DNA of 63,290 bases, filler included, from Basidiobolus ranarum (GCA_040143965.1; 9 parts of 9 records of this genome joined end to end with filler, not necessarily neighbours in it); one strand, 5' to 3'; shown: positions 37,561-51,215, numbered from the whole stretch's first letter. Made by a program: numbers and translations. Notes: generated from the letters alone by a model not told the origin.

Positions 37561-39262
37561 AGTTGTTGCTGTAGACTTCCAGTTAGATCTCTAGAAGCAG
37601 TACCTTGCCTCCAAAACACCTTTCTTAATCCCTATTATTCCATGTAATAACTCGCAACTAAATATAATTGCTTCAACATTATAATCTAATCTAGATACCT
37701 TCGATTTTAGGAAAGTAGTAGATTTTCGCACAATCAGGTAAGAAAGAACTGTACTTCTTCCAAGTTGTGTGTTTGTTGGTAACATATGACAGTTACACAT
37801 AATCCGTCAATTCGCATCACCTTACACAGCCTGCACCGCTATTAATTAACGCAATAGTCAGAATATCCTTTTTAAAGTCGGCATATTTGTGTGAAACTAA
37901 ACCATTTTGTATTTGGCATATAACAGTCCACAGTAATGTTCCTTGATATGCGGGCAATCGCAAAATCAAACGAGCACAATATGAATTCTGTCTTGACGCA
38001 CGTATATAGTGCAGCTTCTTGAATGGACAGGGATTGCTCATATTGAGTATTCATGTTAGAGTCTTGCTTTAACCAGAGTCTTATCAAACTAATGCTTAGT
38101 CGGATATATGCTAAAAGACTCATGCTTCACCGTTTCTAAATACAGCTACCATATTACTAATAGCATGTAATAATCTATCCTGATTGTCATGATGATAGTA
38201 CATGACTCAATGTTTGAGTTCAATGAACGAATGGGCTCTTAATGTCAAATGATACACACACTAACATCTCTTGGCTTCTTTATTCAGACTATCATCGATC
38301 CATAAGAGTTGCTTCATCTGATGATTATACATTCAACATGAAGTATAATCGGTGGAGGAGCTAACCTACAGTTGTCGTTCATAAGCACTACAACTTTGGT
38401 CTTTACAACTTGTACAGGCGCAGCCGGCTTAATACCTCGAGAAGTGGGCTTATAAGCGGCATCACCACAGATTAAAGTAAATCCGGAGTCTAAGACTAAG
38501 CAGCAACAGATTTGCGTAGTATCATTTGCAAGAAGAATTTGAGCTAACTGGAGTCATCAGTTGGAAGGTTTACGGATCACTTAATGCCATTTTATATCAA
38601 GCAGGAATGAAATCTAATACAGAGTCAAGTGTCGCTGGTTTATTCGCTTACTAAGAGGCTGCATCTGCAGATGCTGTGCTTTCAAGGCTCATTGGTACAA
38701 TTGAACTAGTAGTACATCATACTTGTACCTTACAGGTACTCTTTCCTACCCATGCTTTAGATTAAATTCAGTACAGGCAATAATAGGCAATTACACTGTA
38801 GATCTAATTCCTTTCTCACGAGAGTTCAACAAGGCGTGGATAAGATTGGAACTATGGAATATGGAATAGTCCACATAAACCAGAGGTTACCAATAAGAAT
38901 GCAACACAAGAATCCGCTCTGTCTGCTTAGAAATAGGTTGATTTGTCCATTTTAGGAATAACAAGCTTATATTCAGATGCAACCTGAGTAAACTTTCCAA
39001 ACATTTAACTCTCCGTCAACTCCAGATCCTGGTCATACACCTCTAGGTTTCCTATTTTCCTTTTTACCCTCCTTTGTGGGTAATATAGCTGGTGTGACCC
39101 CACGAGTGTAACACTACCAGCATGTCCTACGAAGATGCTTGACACACAAGTACACAGAGAGTAGCTTCTTGGAGATTGCTTATCCAAATTCGCCACTAGA
39201 GTAATTTTGAATAGTATAACAATGGACTACGACATACTGGATAGATATTCTCCCTCCTGCAA

Positions 39263-39715
39263 ATGTCTATTCCTCCTTTCAACTTCGAGTTTAATGGCTT
39301 AACATCGGCTGCCTTTCTGGAACAATATTTGGACCTGCTCAAAATATGGCATGTTACATTCTCAATCAAGAATGAGATAATAACAGCTAGAGTCGAGAGA
39401 AGAAATGGAACCGTTTATGCCAGCTCTGAATACCTACCCCTTGATCTCTCTAAGACCGTATACATCGAATCCAGAGAGAACGGCCACATTCTTGCCTTTC
39501 AACCTCTCTATAATAATTTTGAAATTTCAGATTGTCTTGTATCAGGTAACTTCGAGATCCAAAGGTTCTATAATTTTTATATGTTAACGCGTGCATTCGT
39601 AGTTTCATGGGATCTGTCTCGGTGCTTTAACAACGGATCATACAGCTTCTCTATGGTGTTTTCATCAATGACGGTGGAGGATCTTGAGAAAAGGTTTGTG
39701 GTGCTCCAAATATAA
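39263..39715 (+). CDS. Hypothetical protein, 150 aa, no recognised family
   Basis: Clean ATG-to-TAA ORF with good context (gcaaATGT) and globular-looking composition. Confidence 0.45.
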   Translation: MSIPPFNFEFNGLTSAAFLEQYLDLLKIWHVTFSIKNEIITARVERRNGTVYASSEYLPLDLSKTVYIESRENGHILAFQPLYNNFEISDCLVSGNFEIQRFYNFYMLTRAFVVSWDLSRCFNNGSYSFSMVFSSMTVEDLEKRFVVLQI

Positions 39716-39799
39716 TACGAAGAAGTCAACTAGATTTTGTTACAGCGACTACGATCTTGACTTATTATTACCGATATCACTGATACTTCGACTTATTTA

Positions 39800-42197
39800 T
39801 AGATGCTTCAAGGCCGCGTGTGTTCCTACAGATACTCGAGCCTTATTCCCTTCACAGAATGAGATTTGGATTGCCCAGAATATTGCTCCAGATAGCTCTA
39901 TATACAACATTGCCCAGTTTACGGAGATCCATGGATCTGTCGACTTAATCTTATTTCAAGTAGCTTTACGACAGGTGATCACTGAAGCAGAAAGTGTACG
40001 TCTGCAATTTATTAAAAATAGTAAAGGTGTTCAACAATTCGTTGGATCTCCAGATCAGACGATGATCTTGATTGATCTCTGTTTAGATGTAGCTCCACAA
40101 GTTACAGCAGAAGCCTGGATGAAGACCGATTATGAGAAGTCAGTGGACATTCTTGGTGAGCCGCTCTTTTGCTATGTTCTGTTTAAGGTGGCACCTACTC
40201 GATTCCTTTGGTATCAACGCTATCACCGTATTATAATGGATGGAGAAGGGTGCTTGCTCATCGTGCAGCGCTTGGCGCAAGTATATAATGCTTTAATGAA
40301 GGGTATCATTATAGATGACAGCCCTTTCGAGTCATTATCAATACTATTTGAGAAAGATCACTATTATCGTGACTCTGCACAGTTTACCAGAGACCATGAA
40401 TATTGGCTTGGTCAATGCAAAAGTAGTTTTGAACCAGTAACACTTGCGGTTCGGCCACCACTCGAGATGTCTCACCGACTTCGGCAGACTTCTTATTTTT
40501 CTATTCCATTGGACAGTATCAACAGCACTGATAGTAAATATTTGAAGAGTTCAATTGTTGCCTCTATGGCAGTATATACTTATCGTTGGACTGGTATTCA
40601 GGACGTGGTGTTAGGTTTATCAATGTCTTCCTACAAAGATCAAAACCACCACCTACCTGGAATAGCTAATGTTTTACCCATCCGACTCGCTATCCAGCCA
40701 AATATGAGCCTACGTTCAGTAACTACACAAGCAACACAAGAGATAGAATGTGGCTCTCAGCATCAACAATATAGTGGTGCAGAATTACGGCGAGAACTTG
40801 GGCACGAGCGGAACCAATTGCTATTCGGCATCACAATTAATTTTATACCATTCGACAAAAATCTATCTTTTGGTGAGTGTTCGATGATCAATCATAATCT
40901 CGTCAATGGCCCAGTTGAAGATCTAATGATCACCATATATACCTCATCTGATGATAACATGTTACAGATTGACTTTGATGCCAATCCAGAGCTCTACACG
41001 ACTGATGAGCTCATTGCACACCAGAGCCGCTTTCTAAAGGTACTACACTCTCTCATAACCAATTCCACACAGACAACAGAGGAGATCGATTTGCTTGATG
41101 CCTTAGAACGCCAGCAACTACTTGTTGAATGGAATGCAACAGAATGCATCTATCCTACTCACATGTGTATCCACCAGCTGTTCGAGGAACAGGTTGAACG
41201 AACACCCCATGCCACTGCTATAGTATATAGTGACCAGATTTTGAGTTATACCGAACTAAATACGCGTGCTAACAGCCTTGCTTATCAACTCCTTGAATTG
41301 GGAGTTCAACCAGATGCACGAGTAGCGATATGTGTGGGGCGCAGTCCCGCAATGATGGTAGGGTTGCTGGCGATTCTGAAGGCAGGTGGCGCCTATGTTC
41401 CTCTTGACCCAGCGTATCCCAGTGAGCGATTGGCTCACACTATTGCCGATTCAGCGCCTACTATCGTACTTGCTGATGCTACAGGACGCTTAGCGCTCGG
41501 TGAGGCAACACTAGCATCACTTACAGTGCTTGATCCCAATATAAGGATGAAGTTTTCGATCTCTAATCCGCAGATCCACAAACTTAACTCTCGCCATCTG
41601 GCATATGTGATATACACATCCGGATCCACCGGTACCCCCAAGGGTGTGATGATGGAGCATCGAGGTGTGGTAAATCTTGTGCAGTCGCAAATAGCCAATT
41701 TTGGGATTCGCCAATCTAGTCGAGTTTTGCAATTTGCCTCCATTAGTTTTGATGTGAGTGTTGAGGAGATCTTCACCACTTTAAGCTGCGGTGCAAGCTT
41801 GTATCTGCCACCTAATGCTGCTCGACATGACCGGAATGATTTATGGGAATATTTGGAGAGATATTCTATTACCCATGTTTCAATTGCACCAGTATTACTT
41901 CAGGATGGCGATAATTTGTCGAAGCTAAGTACGCATCTAACTGTGATATTGGGAGGCGAGGCGCCAAGTGCCAAATTGGTTCAGAATATGAGCCACCACA
42001 GCTTTGTCATCAATGCTTACGGCCCAACGGAAACAACTGCCTGCGCCACCATATGGCGTTGTCTCCCTTCTTTCAGTAGCGAAGTGGTCCCTATTGGCCG
42101 ACCGATCGCGAATACCCGAATTTATCTACTGGATACTAACGGCTACACAGTGCCATTGGGTGCAATATGCGAAATGTACATTTGTGGGGTCGGTGTT
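39800..42197 (+). CDS. Bacterial-type NRPS initiation module fragment: starter-like condensation domain plus adenylation domain; start uncertain, 3'-truncated at the contig end
   Basis: C domain: SQNEIWIAQ...YNIAQF, WYQRYHRIIMDG, ANVLPIRL, DFDANPELY. A domain: IHQLFEEQVERTP, LKAGGAYVPLDP, LAYVIYTSGSTGTPKGV, FDVSVEEIF, NAYGPTETT, PIGRPIANTRIYLLD. No introns over 2.4 kb. Confidence 0.93.
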
Positions 42198-42649
42198 NNN
42201 NNNNNNNNNNNNNNNNNNNNNNNNNNNNNNNNNNNNNNNNNTTAATTAATTAANNNNNNNNNNNNNNNNNNNNNNNNNNNNNNNNNNNNNNNNNNNNTTC
42301 CGAAGAGGTCGCGGGGGTTAAGAGGGGATCGGAGCTAACCAGAGAATCCTTTTGCATTGCGGGTAGTGAACAAGTGCTAAATACACGCCCAGAACTTACT
42401 TCGGTTTGGTCACGATATGAAGATCGTACTTCTAACGTAGGATAATAAACCAAAGGAAACCCTGGAAAGTCTAAGAGACTGCCAGATAGCATTGATCCTT
42501 CGCCAAATCTTTCTGTAGCGTATGTTAGCGGGTGACCGAAAAACAAGTGATTGGGGAACGATTCTCTATTACAAGACATGTTTTCTGTACTAACTGAGTC
42601 AGGTTGAGGCAATTAAAACTTCAAGTTGTTGAGGGAATTTGCGAAATGA

Positions 42650-45600
42650 TTATACAACTGTGAGCTATTAGACAAAAGGATTGAAGGCAATGTACAAACA
42701 GCACTTTGAACGCGCACTTTTCCATCTCGAGAAGGCCGAGTTTTATAAAGAAATCACACGCATGACTATCGCAGATCAAGGTAATAGAACTACATAAAAT
42801 ACGAAATTTGAGGGCTACACAGGTGGATTTTCAGGTATTTGTGATGGATCATTTCAAACACGATGTTATACTAATATTATGCATTGCACTGATTGAATGA
42901 TCACTCAGGGTATTTCTACTGATCATGATAAAACTGGCCAGGTTCGAGATGACGACTCAGAGCACCCGTCCACCAGGACAAAAACATTTATACAAGTTAG
43001 TAACTGCAAGGATCCGAAACCATGAGAGGATCCAGTTGACATCCGTTCATTCGTACAGTAGTTGTGGCGCCTACATCGCGAAATCATGACCCAGCGATGT
43101 TTAAGGGGCTTGCGTATAACATATGCATTCATTTGGTCAAAACCTCATGAATCACCCATGGTTATCGCTTGGTTTATGAGGTGGAATCTATTCTAAGAAG
43201 GAGTCTTGTAACTTGTTGAATTTCCAATATAACGATCCAAAGATAGCTGATTCCCATGAGCAGGAGCAACGTTGTGTGGAGGTGTTACTCCAAATATTTG
43301 GGCTAGGTAAATCAGTAACCGTGGCATGCTCGATTGGAGCAGTTTTCTAATGGGCCAATCAGTTGCTTGAGGCTCAGCAAATGTGACCGACTCAGGGAAT
43401 GGACAGGTGAGAGTCGTATATGCATGGTTTTTCACTGTATACAAGACCTGCCGGATGTCACACCATGAGAACCATATGGAAATGCCATGGCGAGCAGCAA
43501 GCGCACAAGCTCTGTGGGCAATGTAATACTCAAGAATTTCTCTTGTTGTTTCTTTACTCTCGCCATCATCCAAGAATAGGGGCCAGTATGCATATCCCCA
43601 TACCTGCTAATCGATTAATACGTTGAAACCCCCACGATGATGGACCTTAAGGAGGCCCACAGTGGATTTCGTTCACGATTGCTGAAAACCAACTAATTGG
43701 TTTCCTGATTTGGGCTCTATTACCAAATTGTTGAGGTTGCTGTTCACTTGTTTTTGGTGAATACACGTCACCCCAGATATTTGTCGTGACCAAGATTCTA
43801 CAATCGGGATCAAGCTTCTGGCAGAGATTTCATTCGATCGGGCTAATATTGCTAACCTGATTGATATATTCTCTCCTCCTGCCTTGCGTGCCGAACCTTA
43901 CTCGCACATGATAAACCGAATCATTGTTTGTTTAGGACATCTCTTGCTTTGTTTGCTGCATTCTTCACTGGTATTTCATCATTGGCTCTAATTATGATGC
44001 GTACAGCAGAGTAAAGCCATGATGCAGATCAACTATGCTCGACCGGGTACGACCAGTAAGAGTGATCACCTTCCATGCTGAGAAATGAGGATTTTCCTTG
44101 TTTTCAGTGGAGTGGGTAGCAACAGGAATATCCACATGTTGATACAGGTGTGATTTAGCCCGTTGATATTGGTAGCTACTGTTAGTCAGTATGAACAGTA
44201 GCAAACCCTTAGTCTGGTGTTTCCTTTGGCGATTTTTACTCCTCATAGCCAGCGCCCCCTCCCATTACACCACAGCATTTACCTGGGAGCATACTGCTTA
44301 CGATGAGACATTTTGGGAAGAACTAGCCATTGAAGGGATTGTATAGTCATTGATTTATCAAGAAACACTCTCATTATGGTTGCCCTGTATCACCACCTGA
44401 GCAGGTTTTCCTGAGCCATAAAATCAGGGCCGGCCCCAACATGGAGTTGCCCAATACACAACCCAGCTCAAGGTTGGAAATTTGCCATGCCTACGACGTT
44501 TTGTAATAAAGGAGGGATCCACTCACGATCGTAGATATATTGATTCCCTATCACACTATTAAGCCTGTTCAAGGCGAATTTCCATTCATGGATAGCTCCT
44601 AAGACCATCTCTCTGCAAAGGGGATGGAGACTGGCCATAGGCCCGTTAGCTAACTGGGCTTATCGTTGTAGGAAAATCAGTTTCCTAGATAGCATTCGGA
44701 AAGTTACCCAAATGTAGACATTTGGAAAGTAAATCATGTCGAGAAGAAAATTGACTCACATCAAGCCTTGTTGGAAGTGAATATCGTACTTGTTGATAGA
44801 CAAACTATTGGATCCCAATCAAAAAAAACCTGAATCGATATAAGCAAACAGTTCAAGTTTACCCCCTTTGCAGGTACTCTAACTCTAAGCTTATCAATCA
44901 AATTCTCCGTAATGAACATGCACGCAATTCTTTCCACTATTTGAAAACTACAACCTAGAACTGACGTTTTGTGACATGTAAGATCAAACGTTGCAACTCC
45001 GGCTTTCTGTTTTGGATGCTTCTTCAAGATGGATGGATAATCACTTGTAATAAGCGAGCTTGCCAGGCAAGTATTTTCCAATATGACTCGGGACTTTCTT
45101 GGCAAAAATGGCATTCTGTAAAAATTATGATTGCATTAGTAGTTCATTTTTGGAAATACCATCCAAGGCAAACGAATTGCCAAATGAAATACTGCCAAGA
45201 CCTTACAAAGCAAGATGAAAAGAGGCCTAACACAATTTTTTTACCATTAGTCTTGTTTGAGCCTCAATGAATTCATTTAAGTGCTTTGCCTTTTTCATGA
45301 TTAAACCCTAGGCTTTCTTCAACTAAGTAACACTAGAAATTGTCCCCTATATTATATTCATAGGAGTTTATCAGCATAGGTGCTTGCAGAATATCATACA
45401 TTCAGTACCTATAGTATTCAGTTAGCCTCAGAGTAAACCAATAAGTAGGAAATATTGAAACCAAGGATACTTCTTTCTACTTATTAAACTGTCTACTAGG
45501 AATTGGTTTGGACATGTAACTATTGCTACCATACTCTGCTCTTGGAATATATCATCTGCCTTGTAATTGTAAGTGATACATTGGACCAGGATTATTTGAT

Positions 45601-45800
45601 AGGGACTAGCTTATTCTTTTCCCACTGATGGGCTTGGAGTCCCAACCTTAAGTCATGTAAGGTTAAAGATTTAAAGTACTCCTCAATTCCACTTGGGTAT
45701 ATAGTCACTAGCTCGTCCTCAAATGAGAAACAAATCTGGTTACAAAAATTACAAATCATAAACTTGGCATGTGGTTGGTGAGGGCTATCACTCGGCTCGC
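42650..45800 (-). mobile_element. Highly degenerate retroelement remnant, possibly Ty3/gypsy gag-protease-RT
   Basis: Weak motif echoes only: EEYFKS...LQAHQWEK (gag-like), ACMFITENLIDKL (protease-like) and CSPWHFHMVLMV (RT SPW-like), across many stops. Confidence 0.3.
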
Positions 45801-46219
45801 AAATTTTTTGATACATTTTGCTAAATCCTGGTTTCAGTTGAAATTATGGTATAAGTTTGTATCATCATAGAAATGGATCCTATAGGGTCTAGGTCATTTG
45901 TTGGCTTTTGATTCACAATAATTAAGAGAAAATAGTGGTTGAATTTGTTCAATACAAATATAGTGATACACTCGTTTCGCCAAACATAAGAGGTATATAG
46001 CAGAAACCTCGATCGCCACTATCCCCAATTTCCATTCTGTTTAAACTACTCTCTAACGCTCGTTTCGCTCTTCAATTAACTTTACATCCAATACCAAGGC
46101 ACTGGCTGCTTATCATTTTTATTCCCTCCAATTCATTAGTCTCATACTCTCTCTTTGAAGTTGTTCATTATTTGCATATACCGTCGTAAACACCTGTCAA
46201 ATACAATTTTTACTTTCCC

Positions 46220-46885
46220 ATGAGAAACCAAATTCTTATTAACTTTCTTTTATCAACCATGCTGGTCATATGCTCACAAAATATAGTGCAACCATTTCCC
46301 ATAACTTTCGTTGAAGTAGAAAGAATGGGAATTCACAAACGTGATGAGGAAGGCACAACTTCGAACTCCACCGAAACGAACGGTATAACAAACCTTGTTG
46401 AGGAAGGAGCTACAGAATACAGTATTAATATCGGCTCTGTTACTATATCGCCATTACTTATCGTAGCATTCGTATGTGGCACTATCGCACTTCTATTATT
46501 AAGCATAGTGATATGTTGCGTCAGAGCTCGTAGAGCTAGAAAAAAGAACATAGAGAAAGAAGTGAATAGTAGCTGTTACATGTTTGAAGATATCTCTTCC
46601 CCAAAACCAAATCTCTCCACCAGGGGGAAACATGAAGTTCGATACAGTGAGCTGTTAGATGGAGAGGAAGGTTACTCGCTCAGTCCCCAACAAAATGATG
46701 GCTCTACAATGAATCTATTGAATAGTTCTGCTGACTCCGATTTCTCAGAAGCGGGTGATAGTTACTCAGAGTCTCACGAAAAAAAACCCAAAGAAGGAGC
46801 CTGGAGGCTAGGTGAATTAAAACTAGGTAGTTACCATCAAACACCGCAACGTCGATATCTAAGAGATTCCTATCAAGTGTGGTGA
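46220..46885 (+). CDS. Single-pass type I membrane protein, 221 aa
   Basis: Hydrophobic signal peptide, KR site, short Ser/Thr/Glu ectodomain, TM ISPLLIVAFVCGTIALLLLSIVICCV, basic stop-transfer RARRARKK and an acidic Ser-rich cytosolic tail. Confidence 0.75.
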   Translation: MRNQILINFLLSTMLVICSQNIVQPFPITFVEVERMGIHKRDEEGTTSNSTETNGITNLVEEGATEYSINIGSVTISPLLIVAFVCGTIALLLLSIVICCVRARRARKKNIEKEVNSSCYMFEDISSPKPNLSTRGKHEVRYSELLDGEEGYSLSPQQNDGSTMNLLNSSADSDFSEAGDSYSESHEKKPKEGAWRLGELKLGSYHQTPQRRYLRDSYQVW

Positions 46886-49333
46886 ATCCAAGTGCGCTGC
46901 AAAGATCTCTCATTAGCTAACATTAGCCCTCTAGCATCGATATCCATTCATTTACTATTATACCAATCCATGTATCTTAATTTAATCATTCTAACCTCTA
47001 GTCCACCTATCTTGCTGTATCATACATACCTTAAAACCTGACCTATTCGGAAATAGGCGTATTTTAAACCCATATGACGGAGTACATCCATAACACTTGC
47101 TTTCCGACATCATAATCCGCCAATTCTCTGTTCTACTCAGAATTAACTCATCTCCCCAAGCCCACCTTCCTACTTTCCTATCTATTAAAATCAAGATTTC
47201 TTTGACTCTATAAAGCCATTGGAATATTTTCAAGTAAACAAAAAGGAACTCATAGAATTGGCGATAGTAATATTGTATTCCTTATACTTCCGAGTAATAT
47301 GGAGCTCTTCTTACTCACTACTTCGAACGGGTTTGTTCCCTGTTGAGTAACAAGCAGTTGAATATCAACCTCTGAATTTCATGTAAAGAGTTCGCAAAAA
47401 CCTCTCAAGAAAGTGTTACTAATCTGATGATTCCTTATGGCAATCAAGGATAGTTTAGTGATATTGAACCGGAATGAGTGAGTCCTATCTGAAATGGTGT
47501 AACTTGAAAGAATTTTCAGATCATGATTCTCAAATTGATTTTGTAGATGCTACATAATCTGAATTTCTTGCATAGAATCCCCTATCTGATGCAGGGGCAA
47601 ACTGACACTAACATTTGTATGAAGAAAGAAAAGATCGTAGTCATTCTTGAGGGCAATTGTCACTGAATCGGAGGAAATAGCACAGTAGAAAAAGGCTTTC
47701 CTACGTATCTGCGTATAACGTAAGGTTCTCAAACTCTAAAATTGCAATAGATGCTAGTAGATTTTGTTTGCAATGCCCCCAATTCCATTGATAGCCTTTG
47801 TCATATTTCAAGCGTATAATTGAGCATGGATATTTAATTGGGAAGATATTAGAAGTGCTGAATAATAGATATATCTATATGATATGTGACTTTTATGAAA
47901 ATATGAAGTTTGTAGAGAGATAGTCACCAATTGAAGTTAATGTGAGCTTGGAATAACTGTTTGAGGATCAGAACTATAGTGTTTATACTTTTGAGGGTAC
48001 AAAAGTAACACAAATGATGGGGTTATATTCAAACCATTTGTGAGAGTAGAATCCATCCTGAGGCTAATTTGGATGACTTGAATTTCAATATCAACTTCAC
48101 CAATTCTTGGATAATACAGATATATGCCACAGGGATATTCCGATTTTGCAACGAGGGATATTTGAAGAATAAATGTTAGAATGTGATCTATGAAGTAATA
48201 GGGTGTAGAAATAGTAGGGATACAAAGATAAAATGATAACTTCTACAGTTTTTACATACACATGAAGGAAAGCCACAAGCAAGTAGAATATGTGATGTAC
48301 TACCGCCTATACGTTATATGCAAAGCAATAGCAGTTCGGATGTATTTACAGAGTGCTTGAGGATATAGACCAAATGTTCAAGAAGTTATTCAGCCAAATT
48401 GAACTCTTCCTTGGGTATATTCTGCATATAACTTTTAATACTATATCTCGAATATATCGGATATGCATACTAGACGAACATTTAGGTGGCTAATCATTCT
48501 ATGTCCAAGACGACATTTAGAAGGAAGTCCAACTGATTGTCTGATGACACTGAGCTCTGTCTTGTGTGCAGCTCATGCCAACTTCACGTTTCAAGTATTT
48601 CAACTTGCTAATTCATTTCCTTGGCAGCATCTCGGCTGTACTCCTCTGGTGAAGTTGCTGAACTTGATAAAGTATTTAATTTTCGAGGCACATAGCGGGT
48701 CAATGCAATTTAACGAACTAGCCTAAAGTAGCGACTGATGCAGCAATCAAGCATGTTCTACATTAGTTAATCAAAAGCAATGCTGGTACGAGACTATGCC
48801 ATGAATATCTATATCCATATTATGGAGATATTCTAGATCTTATAGATACGAGCTATTGGGATAATGAACGAATCCTATATGATCTTCAAAGGGATTGCAG
48901 CTAACGCTAGCTTAACTGGGCTAATTTCATAGTCCTTGATTGTAATCAAGTCTCAGATTCGTAGAATTTAAGGAGCATCTAAATATTATTAGCGATGTCT
49001 CTTCCTATCCGAGTCTATTATTCTGCAGCTACAAGCGAATATTTTAAAGGAGCTATACGTCTCGAGTGAGACCATATTGAGTACCCTTTTCGCAAAATAA
49101 TGCTGATCAATAAACTGTGCATATTAGAGCACCTACTACTACTACTCAACTTGAATCAGTTTTCACCTTACGAAATCCGGTTTCAGCCGGTTTTATTTGA
49201 AAGTTGTTCTAACGAAAGCAATGTTAATTGTACNNNNNNNNNNNNNNNNNNNNNNNNNNNNNNNNNNNNNNNNNNNNTTAATTAATTAANNNNNNNNNNN
49301 NNNNNNNNNNNNNNNNNNNNNNNNNNNNNNNNN

Positions 49334-49852
49334 GATGAAGAACATTCAGCTTGACATTCAGTCTGGTGCTGACCATGCAGATATCTGGGAAGAACTTAAT
49401 ACAGAGTGGCACAATATTGCAGGGTATCTGCCAGATAGCTGGAATAATGTTGACTCAGCAACATTAATACAATGGTGGGTTTGATGGAAATATTGCTACA
49501 AGCTTGTGTTGGACATGAGCTAAACCTTGGTATGAAAATTCTATGAAAATATTCAAGAGAATATATCAAAGAAACTAGGAATTTCAAAGCTGAAAAATTA
49601 GCATTCAAGTGGTAAATGTTTGAAATTTGGGTTATGTTTTTTGCACATGTGTTGATCCATAGTTCTCTGAGATTGTAGCCAATCATGTGCTATTATTTTG
49701 TAAGATCTTGAAATTTCACTCCTGAAACTGAAAAAATTGATTAAAATCAAATCTAACTTGACAATTTTATGATGGTCAGTAACCAGTCAATCCAACATGG
49801 ATTAAAATTGTGACAGTTTTCCTACAATAACAACCCTCAAATTTCTGTTAGG
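49334..49852. repeat. Dispersed repeat family R1 copy
   Basis: Collinear with 35259-35658 and shares the terminus cctcaaatttctgttagg. Confidence 0.85.
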
Positions 49853-50139
49853 CCATATATTACCAAAACTTCCAACAATATCCTCACATGTATGCATTTA
49901 TTTAAATGCAAAGATAGGTACCATTTGACTTGTATATATTTAAGCAGAATATTGAAAAGATTTCTGCCTAATAAGTATTAGCAACATTGAGAGTTGTTTG
50001 TGGATATTGCTAATACAGTCTTTTGTCATCAACTCATATTGGCAGATTTCTGGCAGATACAGTAACTGCATCAAGATTTTGTAGTTGGCTATGAAAAACT
50101 TTGCAATAGGATTAAAGAAGATATTTTGAATATATGCTG

Positions 50140-51215
50140 GTATTAAATAAAATCCCTGCTTCATCTTTCAGAATGCTCAGAGATTATATCCCCTTGCTAT
50201 ACATTCTGCTAGTTCCCAATTGGGCAAACCTGTGGTGAAATGAGGCTCTGTGTGAAATCATAAGTGTTACTATATGCTGATCTGCTTAACAATTTATCAG
50301 CAAAATCAGCGATGGATGTAATGCAAGAGGTTAGGGAGATTCCATACTGCATCAACATACCAACAGAGAGCTCTTTTTAATGTACTTGTGGTCTTTTGCT
50401 TTGTTTGAGCAAAATAGCAGCAACAAAACCCATTCCATGTACTTAGAGAAAGTACCTCTATAATTTGAACTAATTTGTTTGTGTGATAATCTGATGGTAT
50501 TTCTGAGAGGGCTGCAAGACAGACTTCTTATTGAGATAGATCACAGTATGCAGTACTATTCTTTTAGCCATGGGGTAATCAATTCAAGTAATGATAAATC
50601 TACTTGTGGCAGGACATACATTGACTGCAGTTGGGGATATTGTGGCCAAATGTTTCATGGAAATTTACCAAATTCCAAACCTTATTCAGATTGTGAACAG
50701 TAACAAGAGTTATCTATTTGCTAAGTGTCTGTGCTATTTTAATATTCAGATGTTTAGCAATCTTTATACCATTATTTGCTGGTAAAGGATATTAATGTTA
50801 ATGAGGTTTGTCTGAGCAGGAAAGTCTGTGCATATGTAGAAACTGGGCACGAGATTCTTGAATTTTTTGATTCTCATTATGACCTATATATCAAGACTAA
50901 AATAATTGAATAAAGGCATGCATATTAATTCAACCACCATAACAGTCAACAAGTTACTTTGCAATTTAAAAATTAGTTTGTTACAAAAATAGTTGGAAAT
51001 TAAGTAAAGCCAGAAATTAAATGACACATGCCCAATATGAGGATAAATATTTTAACATGTAGGAATACCATCAAAATATGATCAAGAAGCTGCTGTCTCA
51101 CCATCAAAATACTTGGCAGAATGCAAGCCACCAATAATGTGATGGTCCTCTGATAGTTTTGCAATCCGCAAGTGTGGATTCAATCATGACTAAATTGATT
51201 TATTTTTGATAAGTG
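50140..51215. repeat. Unclassified dispersed repeat, inverted homolog of 12960-14015
   Basis: Conceptual translations align: TCGEM..LVK..VL.Y..L..N.SAKS.MDVMQ.V.E.P..IN.PT..SF. Confidence 0.75.
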
